From Mycoplasmataceae bacterium (lineage in GTDB: Bacteria > Bacillota_I > Bacilli_A > Mycoplasmatales > Mycoplasmoidaceae), in assembly GCA_020024735.1 (NCBI GenBank), contig JAHHTI010000001.1, positions 1 to 40,995 of the forward strand: a stretch of 40,995 nt of DNA, read 5' to 3'. Both the position numbers and the translations under genes were made by a program. Below are positions 23,525-35,365 of the stretch, in pieces. The notes below the pieces were generated by a model. It made no database searches and was not told the DNA's origin. It was given only the letters and a program-made list of their open reading frames with translations. How positions within the stretch are numbered: position 1 is the first letter of the stretch; each line of letters opens with the position of its first letter.

Positions 23525-24397
23525 TTATTTTCTTGCTGCTCCAAATGAACTAGTTAATAAGAATTTGTCGGTACATATTTTTTTAATCGCAGGTGAAGCA
23601 TATTGAAAAATTTGTCTAATATCATATCCTTTTTTGCGATAATCTAAATCTTTAGCAGTAGAAATATATTCTCTATTCTTTAGAGCAAATTTAAGATGTA
23701 AATCAGTTGCGATATTTAATTTATTAACACCTAAAGAAACTGCTTTTTTCATCGTAGCATCACTAAAACCATTTATTCCACGTAAGGTAAGTGGTTTTTT
23801 AATTTCATTATTAATTTCCACTAATAATTTGAAATCAAGTTCAGGGTTTTCAGGATAATCAGCAGAGTATGAACCACAATTAATAGCTAATGAATCAACT
23901 AATCCTAATAATTGCTTAGCTTTACTAATATTAACAATTGGTTCATCAGTATATTCACCTTCAAAATTTCCAATACAACCGATTTCTACTTCTAGAGCTG
24001 CATTGTGTTCTTCACACATCTTAGATAATTGTGAAGTTTGTGAAATATTAGTTTCATAATCTAATTTAATTCCATTGTACATTACAGATGTAAAACCTGC
24101 ATCTAAAGCCTTTTGACATCCTTCAAAAGTACCATTATCTAAATGTAATGCAACAGGAACAGTTAATTTTAAATCTTCTACTAAAGCATTTACCATACTA
24201 TAAACAGTCAAATAACCACCCATATGTCTTACACCAGCTTCAGAGACTGCTATAATTATTGGTGTATTAGTTTCTTGTGCACTTTCTAAAACTCATTTTG
24301 TTCATTCAAGATTACACACATTAATTTGAGCAATAGCATAGTTATATAAATTGGCTTTATCTAAAATTTCCTTTGCATTAACTAAATTTTTTGACAT
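23525..24397 (-). CDS. Class II fructose/tagatose-bisphosphate aldolase family protein with substituted metal-ligand histidines (290 aa)
   Basis: Track ORF 23525-24223 extends upstream through TGA at 24302 and 24293 to ATG at 24397 (walked). Family motifs are recognisable (AIAQINVCNLEW, PIIIAVSEAGVRHMGG, VPVALHLD, DAGFTSVM, KLNIATD). The canonical HLDH, G..HG and LHGGSG motifs read HLDN, GSYSADY and LRGING. Confidence 0.85.
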
Positions 24398-24400
24398 ATA

Positions 24401-24841
24401 TTATTCCTCATCGTCCAACATATCATCAATATCATCCATTAGAATTTCATCATCCTTTTCATCAGATAAATCTAACATTGAAGTCTTATCATTACGTGAT
24501 CCATTTTCAAGTTCAATGATTTCAGATTGACTCATATCATTTTGGTAATCTTTTTCTTTTACATCATCATCGGCATTAGCACGAAAAGCATCACTCATTT
24601 TTTGAAAGGTTTCAAATTTAATATTTTCTCTTAAACCTCATTCTGAAGTTTTTGAATCATAAAAGAATAAACTTGATTCCATTAAAGCTTGATAAAAATC
24701 AGCAGTTAAATCAATAGAATTTTTTGCATTAATTTTTCCTTCTTTACAAACTTCTTTTCACAAAGTATTAAAAGGCATTCCTTTCTTCTTATTCTTTAAA
24801 ATACCTTTAGCAATATTTAATAATTCATTATAGTTACTCAT
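24401..24841 (-). CDS. rpoE: RNA polymerase delta subunit (146 aa)
   Basis: Track ORF 24401-24598 extends upstream through TGA at 24758 and 24638 to ATG at 24841 (walked), with the RBS GAGGAGG. It has an N-terminal HARE-HTH-like domain (MPFNTLWKEVCKEG...DFYQALMESSLFFY) and a strongly acidic C-terminal tail (DDEILMDDIDDMLDDEE). This architecture is typical of Firmicutes/Mollicutes RpoE. Confidence 0.8.
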
Positions 24842-24950
24842 ATTTGCCTCCTCATATTGTTTATTATTATATAATAAAATTATTCGAAAAAAGTTAATTT
24901 TTTTCACTATTTTTTCGTTAATTTTTCTTTTTTTGTGCTATACATTTTAC

Positions 24951-26070
24951 TTAAATTTTAGTTGTTAATTTATAATAAATTTTTTGCGGAACACTTTGAA
25001 AGTGAATTAAAAAATCACTCACTTTATTAATTTCTATTTGTTCATTATTATCTCAAATAATAATTGGTTCTTTTTGTGAGTACAATTCCTTTTCACTTAA
25101 TACATAATCAGCTTCTTGCTCACTCATAACTGGCATTAATGAAACATTTTTTTGGTTAAAATAATAAGAAAACAATGTTTGCAACTCACTGTCATCTTCT
25201 TCAACAAGGGAAGCCAACACTAGATTATATGTGCTCTCATTTAAGGACATAAATCTTTCAATATCTCACTTTTGATCTAAAAGATAAGCATCAAATAAAT
25301 GATAAAGATGAAAAGAATCTTTAAAATGGAAATTTTGCTTACTTAATTCTTTTCAACGTTTAAAAATTTTTATCACAATGGTTTCATAAGTTAATACATG
25401 AATATTAGTGTATACTTGCTTAAACATTTGGTATCTTGCAAATAAAATACTTTCAATTAAGTTAACTACTTTCTTTTCATAAACAATTTCACCATTTACT
25501 AAAGCAATTTTTTTAAACAAAAAATTATAATCTACACTTTTCCCATAAACTGCACCTGAATGATAAGAATCACGAAGTAAATAATCTAAACGATCGGCAT
25601 CAATTTGACTAGACACAATTTGTATCATTCATTTTTTTGGATGTTGTTTTTTAATAATACTAATAACTTCATTGATATCAATCCCAGCATTTTGCAAAAT
25701 AGCATAAATTTTACCTTTGGTGTTAGAGATAATTTTAATAGACATTTCTTCATGACACATTCCCACATAAAGTTCAAAGGAATGTGATTTAGGACCATGA
25801 CCAATATCATGTAATAAGGCTGCAGCTAAAACTACATTTCTTTCTTGCTTATTGTTAATTCCAAGGGCGTTTAAATATTGTTTAGCTAAATAAAAAACAC
25901 CAATACTATGAGAAAATCTTGTATGGTTAGCAGAAGAGAAGACTCTCGGACATTCACCTAATTGGGTAATATTTGCTAATCTCATAAATTCAGGAGTATT
26001 AATAATTTCTAATGCTCATTCTTCATCTTGGGTAAATTCAATATTACCGTGAATAGAATCTCTAATAAAA

Positions 26071-26084
<14 letters not shown>
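24951..26084 (-). CDS. HD-domain phosphohydrolase (dNTP triphosphohydrolase-like, 377 aa)
   Basis: Track ORFs 25053-25250, 25353-25628 and 25629-25985 are in one frame, and the gaps were walked. ATG at 26084, TAA at 24951-24953. Motifs: RFSHSIGV, LLHDIGHGP, DADRLDYLLRDS. Confidence 0.85.
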
Positions 26085-27528
<1,444 letters not shown>

Positions 27529-27605
27529 CTAATTATAGTTTAATATCGTTGAAAATGAAAAAATATTAAAATTGTTATTATATTAAATATAATAATATAC
27601 ATACA

Positions 27606-28928
27606 ATGTTAGTGCTAAAAATATGTCTAATTATATTTACATTATTGACAATACTAGTTGTTTTTTTACTAAATAAACAAATTAGTAGTTTTTTTGCTAC
27701 TTATTGAAAATCTTGTATTTTTTCATGTGTTATTCTAGTGTATGTAATTGTTTTTATGTTAGTCCCCGGAATTGATGGATGAATAAAATACCAGCAAGAT
27801 AAACATGGTAACAATTGAGACCGTAGTTATGCAATATCATCAGCTTTCTTATTACAGTTACCTTGCTTAATGTCTTTAATACTACCTATTTTTCTAATTG
27901 TTGATAAATCTAGAACATTTGCTAAAAGTGTTTCTCCTTTCATTTTAGTTTATTCATTTATGAGTTTGTTAATTAGATTTGTCGGTTACCAATCAATCAA
28001 TCTAGAAAATACTAATTGATATATGTATATCTTTGTAGGAGAGAAAAATGACCGTTTCTTCTTTATGTCAAATTATCTATGTCTTTTAATTTCACTAATG
28101 GTTTTAATATCATCTAGAACTTTTACTAAATATTCTTTTCTAGGTAGTTTGTTTTTTTATATTAGTGTTTTTACTTACTATCTAATTGTTGTTAATTTAA
28201 AAAGTGTGGTTGCATGTGCTAGTGGTTTAGTAAAAGGCGATTGAGAAGAAATAGATAATAGTCTGGCAATGTTCTTACCTCTAACTGGATTATTTAAATT
28301 AAATGATTTTATTTGAATGTTCAATATTTGATTACTTATTTATTCAATTGTTACTTTTATTTTAATGTTCTTAAAAAACTTCTTAACTATCAATCCTGTT
28401 AAATTTACTTTTGTATATAAACCATGATATGAAAAATATACATTCCTTAGAGGATTTTTAGCGCCTTTTGATGCTGCTATTAACAACTTATTAGATCAAA
28501 TGTTACCTTATGGATACTTCTTTCCTGAACCATTAAAAAAACTTAAACTAAAAAACTTTAGAGCATATTACAACGGTTTTAGTGTAGCAGCTGATATGCA
28601 AGCTTATGAAGAACATATGGATCAATTAGAACATTTATTAACTAATGAAACTAATCATGAGGTAAAAACAATAAAAGGTGGTTCTTTAAAAGTAAGAAAA
28701 AATTCTAACCGCCATAAAAAAGAATCAGATCAAGAAAGAAGACTAAAAGAATTAGAAGCAGCTATTGAACAGCAATACAATGAAGTTGACTATGATGAAG
28801 CCATTAGAAAAAACAAAAAATTAGAAAAAGAACTACGAAAAAAAGCCAAAGAAAACAATGTTGATATTACTGAACTTGAAAATGATATTGAATTGAAAAA
28901 TGAAGAAAGTGAGATAACCAATGGATAA
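27606..28928 (+). CDS. Multi-pass membrane protein with a charged coiled-coil C-terminal tail (440 aa), translationally coupled to dnaX
   Basis: ATG at 27606. Track ORFs 28023-28244 and 28500-28928 are in the same frame, and both gaps were walked (nine TGA, no TAA/TAG). It has about 8 hydrophobic segments followed by a KE-rich tail (ERRLKELEAAIEQQY...KLEKELRKKAKENN). Its stop overlaps the dnaX ATG (ATGGATAA at 28921-28928). Confidence 0.7.
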
Positions 28929-30804
28929 AATAGCTCTGTATCGTAAATACCGTCCTAGTAATTTTTCTAATGTCTATGGTCAAGAAATTGTAGTCAAAAC
29001 ATTAAAAAGCGCTGTTGAAAATAACTGCATTAATCATGCATATATTTTCTCTGGACCTAGAGGTTCGGGAAAAACTTCGATTGCTAAGATTTTCTCACGT
29101 GTGATTAATTGCGAGCACCCTTTAGATAATGGAGATTGTTGTGGTACTTGTCATGGCTGCTTAAATTCAGGGAATGGTTGTCTAGATATTATTGAATTAG
29201 ATGCGGCTAGTAATAATGGTGTAGATGAAATTAGAGCCATTATTAGTTCCACTAATTTCTTATCTAGCACTTTAAAATACAAAGTTTATATTATTGATGA
29301 AGCACATATGCTAACCATCAATGCCTGAAATGCTTTCCTTAAAACTTTAGAAGAACCACCACAAAATGTTGTTTTTATTTTTGCCACTACTGAATATCAT
29401 AAAATTCCTGCCACTATTATTAGTAGATGTCAAAGATTTGATTTTAGTCGTTTAACACATACTACTTTGACTCATCTATTAAATGATATCTGTCAAAAAG
29501 AAAACCTTGAGATTGAAAAAGAAGCGCTTGATATAATAGCAGATTTAGCTGATGGGGCAGCGAGAGATGCTATTTCGATTTTAGACCAAATGACATCGTT
29601 CACTAATAAAATAACACTAAATGATATTAATCAAGTTTTTGGATTAATTAATCTAAATTTTAAGATTGATTTATTAAATTCTATTTTCTTGAAAGATGTA
29701 GAAAATGTAGTTCTTTTTATTAATGAACAATATGAAAAAGGTATGAATCTAAATTTGTTGATAAGTGATCTTATTAAAATCCTTTTTGACAAAATTGTTT
29801 TTATGCAAACTAACAATATTTTATTTACCAAAATTTTAGATGAAAAAAGTATTCACAATTTACAAAATTTAGAGCTAGATAAGATGTTAGCACTTTTGAA
29901 TCATTTCAATGAAAATTTAATGAAAATTAGTAAAAGCAATGATCAACTTTTTACTACTCAATTAATTTTAATGCAAGCTATTGCAATCATTAGTCAAGAA
30001 AACGCCAAAACTCCTTTACCACAAAGCATAAATAACATAAATCAAGTTTCAAATTCTCGTCTTGATACTACTCCAAAAACTAGCCCAATAAGTACACCAA
30101 AATCAGAAGAAAATATCAATGTTTCTAAAACAATGTTTACTACAAAAATCAGATCAATTCATACACCTGAAAAACCAGAAGAAACAATTAAAAATATAGA
30201 AGATTCTTCACCATCAAAAAGCTTTGTTCCACCTAAACCACAAGCTATTTCTAATGCTCAAAATATCCAAAAGAAACCAGTAACAGAAACACAAGAAAAT
30301 GTAGCCCCAAAAATAGAACAAAAAATAGAAGTAGTTGAAACACAATCAACCCCTGCTATCCCACAACAAAAACCGGCATTATCAATTGATGTTAAAGATT
30401 TCTTTTTTAGAATAGCTAACAATAATAATTCGCAAATAAAAGAAGAATTAAATAATAAATTTTTAGAACTACAAGCAAATCGTTTATTGGAATCTCCAAT
30501 TATTAATAGATTTTTAAATGCAAAGAAATTTTTAGTTTGTTCTCCTAATGGTGCTATTCTACTTTTTGATAACGCTAAGCAAGCAGAAAACTTAAATGAA
30601 GTTATTGAAAATGATGAAATGATAAAATGAGTTACAGATAATTTTAATAAGAGATTTTCTTTCATTGGAATTGATAAAAACCTTGCAAAAGAATTAACTG
30701 AAGAATTTAAACTTAGCCCTAAAAATGACTTCAAAGATGTTGAACCACCTCAAGATAAAAAAAGTAATACTAAATCATTATTATTAGATATATTGGCTGA
30801 TTAA
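28921..30804 (+). CDS. dnaX: DNA polymerase III tau/gamma subunit (627 aa)
   Basis: Track ORFs 28921-29328 and 29467-30630 are in one frame, joined through TGA at 29326, with TGA at 30628 and TAA at 30802-30804. Motifs: YRKYRPSNFSNVYGQE, Walker A GPRGSGKTS, zinc module CEHPLDNGDCCGTCHGC, Walker B YIIDEAHML, SRCQRF. The C-terminal half is Pro/Gln-rich and low complexity. Confidence 0.92.
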
Positions 30805-30847
30805 AATGTTAAAATATTGTTATCAATGTTTTTAAGGAGATAAAACT

Positions 30848-31144
30848 ATGGATTTAAAAAAACTATTAGATGATGCACAAAAAATTAAAAAAGATTTAGA
30901 AGATAAGTTAGCTGCTTATGATGCAAAAGAATTTGATTTTGACTACAAAGGTTTAGTGAAAATTAAAATTATGGGATCTTTGCGAATTAAAGAAGTTAGT
31001 ATTGTAGATACTTCTATTATTGATAAAAATGATAAAGAAACTCTTGAAGATATTATTACTAAAGCTTTAAATGATGCAATCAATGCTATTGCAATGGGTA
31101 GAGCTGATTTAAGTACTAAAATTGCTGGTAATTTAGGATTTTAA
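30848..31144 (+). CDS. ybaB: Nucleoid-associated protein YbaB/EbfC (98 aa)
   Basis: It occupies the conserved dnaX-ybaB-recR position, with the RBS AAGGAG. Size and pattern (KGLVKIKIMGSLRIKEVSI...ETLEDIITKALNDA) fit the YbaB family. Confidence 0.88.
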   Translation: MDLKKLLDDAQKIKKDLEDKLAAYDAKEFDFDYKGLVKIKIMGSLRIKEVSIVDTSIIDKNDKETLEDIITKALNDAINAIAMGRADLSTKIAGNLGF

Positions 31145-31146
31145 AA

Positions 31147-31752
31147 ATGTCCAGCAGGAAGCCTAAAGAATTTGAACTACTTGTAGATGCTTTTAAATCT
31201 CTTCCTGCTGTTGGTTCAAAAAATGCAAGTAAATATGCTTATCATATTATTAAATTAGATCAATATTATGTTGATGAATTTGCTCAACGAATTTTAAATG
31301 CAAAAAAAGCATTAAAATATTGTAAATATTGCCATAATTTAACTAACCATGAGTTTTGTCATATCTGTCTTGACCAAAATCGAGAAAATAGTTTATATAT
31401 AGTAGAAAATATTAGTGATTTAGATAAAATTGAAGAATTACATTCATATCATGGATATTATCATGTTTTACATGGAGAAATCAATCCCAAAAAAGGAATT
31501 ACAAAGGATCAACTCTTTTTAGAAGATATTGTTGACCATATTAAACAATTTAATATTCGTGATGTTTTGATTACTACATCACTTTCAGTGAGTGGCGAAC
31601 TAACTGCAGAATATATACGCAATCTTTTAAGTGATATGGAAGATATCAATGTATACCGTATTGGTTTTGGATTACCTAATAATGCTAGTATTGATTATAG
31701 TGATGAACAAACACTTAAATTTGCTTTAATGAATAAACGTAAAATCAACTAA
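31147..31752 (+). CDS. recR: Recombination protein RecR (201 aa)
   Basis: It has LVDAFKSLPAVGSKNASKYAYH (HhH), the Cys4 zinc finger CKYCHNLTNHEFCHIC, and a Toprim-like LYIVENISDLDKIE. Confidence 0.93.
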   Translation: MSSRKPKEFELLVDAFKSLPAVGSKNASKYAYHIIKLDQYYVDEFAQRILNAKKALKYCKYCHNLTNHEFCHICLDQNRENSLYIVENISDLDKIEELHSYHGYYHVLHGEINPKKGITKDQLFLEDIVDHIKQFNIRDVLITTSLSVSGELTAEYIRNLLSDMEDINVYRIGFGLPNNASIDYSDEQTLKFALMNKRKIN

Positions 31753-32639
31753 TTCTTCTTAGGAATGTTATTAGTATAAACACCCAAACCAATAGAATCT
31801 TTTAATGTATAAGTAGCAATTGGCAGAGGATTAGATCTTACAATTATTTTTTCTTTATCAATACCATAATATTTTTGCACTTCTTCAACAGCTTTAGCAA
31901 TGTTTTCCTTGCTAATTAATGTATGAATAACATATACTTTTTTAATTGTTTCAGCATTCAATTTTTTCTTGAATAAATCATCAACAGTAGTTAATAATTT
32001 AGGAATATCACTAGCATTCTTAGACTTGATAATCTTACATGCGGTATTCTTTTCTTCAGCTTTAATAATAGGAGTAACCCTTGCTAATTTCAGTAATTTC
32101 ACTAAACTATTAGGAATTCTTCCTGAAAATAATAGACCATCAATATTTTTAGGAATAAAAATAGTAGTACCTGTTGCATTGATATCTTTTACTATTTTAT
32201 CAATCACTTCTTGATTAATAGTATCGTGTTCCTTAAAATATTCAATTATACTTCACGCAATTTCTTCATTAATTGTACAAATAGAATTAGAATTAACAAT
32301 AAAAACTCTTTCTGGAAATTCATTTTGAAGATATTGTGTTGCTTTGTATTGTCCAGTATAAGAATTTGAAGAACAAATATAAATTACTTGTTCATATTCT
32401 TCTAAAGATTGTTTAATATGTTCCTCAATAATGGTTGGTTGTAACAAACCAGTTTTATATGGATGTTTATTAGCAATTTCTGTAGTAATTCTATCTACTA
32501 ATTCATCACTAAAATCATCTACAATCAATTTGCCATCATTATCACTAATTGAATATTGTAATTTTGTAATATCAAGTTTATTCGCAATATCTACTGGCAT
32601 AGAACATAGAGAATCTATGAATATTTTATACTTCTTCAC
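31749..32639 (-). CDS. DegV-family fatty-acid-binding protein (296 aa, GTG start)
   Basis: Track ORFs 31749-32207 and 32253-32639 are in one frame, joined through TGA at 32253. GTG at 32639 is preceded by GGAG. The N-terminus KIFIDSLCSMP resembles DegV I.TDS..DLP. The stop overlaps the recR stop by 4 nt (convergent). Confidence 0.8.
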
Positions 32640-32706
32640 TTTTTATCTCCACTTTCTATAATTATTATATAATTATAAAGAAATTATTTTATTTTTAGGA
32701 ATTTTT

Positions 32707-34437
32707 ATGCGTGTTAAGAAAGATATAAATTATTTATTAGCAATACTTACTGAAAGTGTTTTAAACAAGGAATATAGTGGTTATACGCCTGTTAACCACG
32801 GAGTGGATGAAGAAAGTTTTTTCATTGAATTTAAGGTTGATGAAAAAATTTCAAGTAATGATTTTAACAAAATTGAAAAATTAATTCACAAAGTAATTGG
32901 GGGAGCACACGAAGTTCAATGTAAACCAATTAAACATAGTGAAGCTATTGAAAAATTCAAAGACAATGAATTTTTAACTTATTTAATTAAAGAAGCAAAT
33001 CAAAGTGAATATTACTTAACAAGTGTTAATCATTATGAAACTATATTACTTGAACCTATTTCATTTAATAAAACTAATATCATCAAGGCATTGAAGTTAT
33101 TATCAATCGGTGGTGCTTATTGATTAGGTGATGCAGACCAACCAACACTAATTAGATTAATAGGAGTTGGTTTTGATAATAAAAATGACTTTGATAACTA
33201 TATGTTAGAATACCAAGAACGTCTTGACCGTGACCACCGAAAAATTGGAAAAGAATTAGATTTATTTACATTTGATTTATTAGCTGGTCAAGGTTTGCCA
33301 ATTTGATTAAATAAAGGTACTATTATTCGAAAACAAATTCGTAACTTTTTATCTGAATTAGAATTCAAATACAACTTTGAAGATGTTTATACTCCGATTT
33401 TAGGAAATATAGACCTATATAAAAAATCTGGCCATTGAGAACATTATCGTGAAAATATGTTTTCACCAATTAAAGTTGATAATGAAGAATTAGTCTTAAG
33501 ACCAATGACTTGTCCACACCATATTTTAGTGTATAAAAGAAAACCTTATTCATATAAACAATTACCAATTAGATTATGTGAAGAATCAATGTTGCATAGA
33601 TACGAATCTTCAGGTGGTTTAACAGGTTTAGAAAGAGTAAGAGAAATGATTCTTGAAGATACTCATATTTTTTGTACACCAGAACAAATTGAACAAGAAG
33701 TATTGACATGTTACAACATTATTAAAGATGCACACAAAGGTTTTGGAACTGAAATTTTCCAAGTAGATTTATCATTACATGATCCTGATAATAAAGAAAA
33801 ATTCCATAAAGACCCTAAAATGTGAGAAGTAGCAGAAAACTCTTTAAGACAAATGTTAAAGAAACATAATATTCCTTTTGTTGAAAAAGTTGGTGAAGCT
33901 GCTTTCTATGGACCTAAAATTGACTTCCAAGTAAAAACATCTTTAAATAGAATCATCACAATGTCTACTATTCAATTAGACTTTTTGTTACCAATGAAAT
34001 TCGAACTAGAATACAAGGATAAAGAAGGTGAATTTAATCGTCCAATTATGATTCACTTAGGTATTATTGGAACATATGAAAGATTAGTTTCCATCATCCT
34101 AGAACAAACCAAAGGTATTCTTCCTTTATGATTATCTCCAGATCAAGTAGTTATTATTCCAGTTAATAATGAATTACATTTAGATTATGCAAAAGAAATT
34201 CATCAAGTATTAAAAAATAAAATGATTAGAGCACAATTAGATGATCGTGATGAAAGAATGAATAAAAAAATTAGAGAATCACAAATGTCTAAAATACCTT
34301 ATCAAATTATTATTGGAGATAAAGAGTTGAATGATAAAACCATATCAGTTAGAGAATATGGTAGTGAAGAAACTAATACCTATAAGGTTGATGAGTTCTT
34401 AAATATTTTATTAGAAAAAATAGCCAAAAAACAATAA
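32707..34437 (+). CDS. thrS: Threonyl-tRNA synthetase lacking the TGS domain, with a degenerate editing site (576 aa)
   Basis: Four track ORFs are in one frame, joined by TGA (33121, 33304, 33436, 33823, 34129). It has the class II core [34 protein letters not shown] and the anticodon-binding end [12 protein letters not shown]. Confidence 0.93.
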
Positions 34438-34449
34438 TAGAACATTTTC

Positions 34450-35220
34450 TTAGTATTGTATATGAAATTTGTTAGTAAAATAATCCTTAATTTTATTTTT
34501 GATTTTATCATAAGCACTTCCGGTTTCGGTATCTTCTTCTCTAAATCTAAACAAATCATCGAGAGTTAAATGAAAACTAGGTATATCATATTGTTTAGTT
34601 AAACCATTAAATGAGCATGTAAGCATATCTACATGTATATCATTAAGTTCACATCTTTCTATCCTGTCTCCAGTGTACATAATAAAACGATCATGAATGT
34701 TATCTTCAATTATTGGATGACAAGTAACATTAGCACGACCATTTATAAAACTATTTTTACAATATTTAGAAATGAGATCAAGAACTAAGGATTGTTGACA
34801 TAAAAATCTATCTTTTAATATATGAGCAGTTATAAAATGAATATTAATATTCTTATTTAAGCATCTATTTATTCAATTTGATACTAGGTCATCTTCATAT
34901 TGATTAATTTCTATAAAACCTATTCAAGGATTTTTAGACTTATTTGGCTTGTTATAAACATTTTTGTGGCTGTAATCATATTCATATAAATATTTTCCGT
35001 TGCCATTTTCATATTTATTAACATTATTATGTCCATTATTATTAATAATATTATATCCATTAGGCCTATTAGAGTAAGCCTTACTAGGATTAAGAAAATA
35101 CTTATCAATTATATAAATATGACTACTTCCATAGTCTATAGCATTTTGATACAACTTATTAAGAAACGTATCTAATTCATTTTGATCTACAACTACAACA
35201 TTACCATTATGTATCTCCAT
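34450..35220 (-). CDS. Orphan hypothetical protein (256 aa) with an Asn-rich low-complexity insert
   Basis: Track ORFs 34450-34680 and 34924-35220 are in one frame. The gap 34681-34923 was walked (TGA at 34924 and 34873 only). ATG at 35220 is preceded by AGAGG, and TAA is at 34450-34452. I am not confident of any family assignment. Confidence 0.7.
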
Positions 35221-35238
35221 TTCTACCTCTTATGATTA

Positions 35239-35276
35239 TTGACATTAAAAGTATATATATATATATATATTGTCAA
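35239..35276 (-). promoter_or_regulatory. Candidate promoter of the orphan gene: -35 TTGACA (35276-35271), spacer made of the TA repeat, -10-like TACTTT (35253-35248); a mirror-image TTGACA sits on the plus strand at 35239-35244
   Basis: Minus strand reads aaccTTGACA(AT)9ACTTTTAATGTCAATAATCATAAGAGGTAGAAATG. A consensus -35 lies exactly 17 nt from a TA...T hexamer. It is located between the trxA terminator and the orphan ATG. Confidence 0.5.
35252..35270. repeat. (TA)9T dinucleotide microsatellite
   Basis: TATATATATATATATATAT read directly at 35252-35270. It is the longest simple-sequence repeat I saw in the window. Confidence 0.95.
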
Positions 35277-35312
35277 GGTTATTTGTATATATTGTTACTA
35301 GTAAAAAACAAA

Positions 35313-35334
35313 AGCAAGAGAGAACTCTCTTGCT
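35313..35334 (-). terminator. Intrinsic terminator of trxA
   Basis: AGCAAGAGAG-AA-CTCTCTTGCT, with 10-nt perfectly complementary arms, followed on the minus strand by TTTGTTTTTT. It lies 32 nt downstream of the trxA stop. Confidence 0.8.
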
Positions 35335-35365
35335 ATATGTTATTGATATATGTTGTTCCAAACAA

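Noticed and set aside
25605-25810. Overlapping 60-61 aa ORFs lie on both strands inside the HD-domain gene.
   Set aside because: They are out-of-frame or antisense to a CDS with clear HD motifs, and nothing independently supports them.
29839-29847. GAAAAAAGT in dnaX could be an E. coli-like A-AAA-AAG programmed -1 frameshift site producing gamma.
   Set aside because: The heptamer is not in the required X-XXY-YYZ register relative to the dnaX frame (the codons are GAA AAA AGT). It has no obvious downstream stem-loop and lies at codon ~307, not at the domain III/IV boundary.
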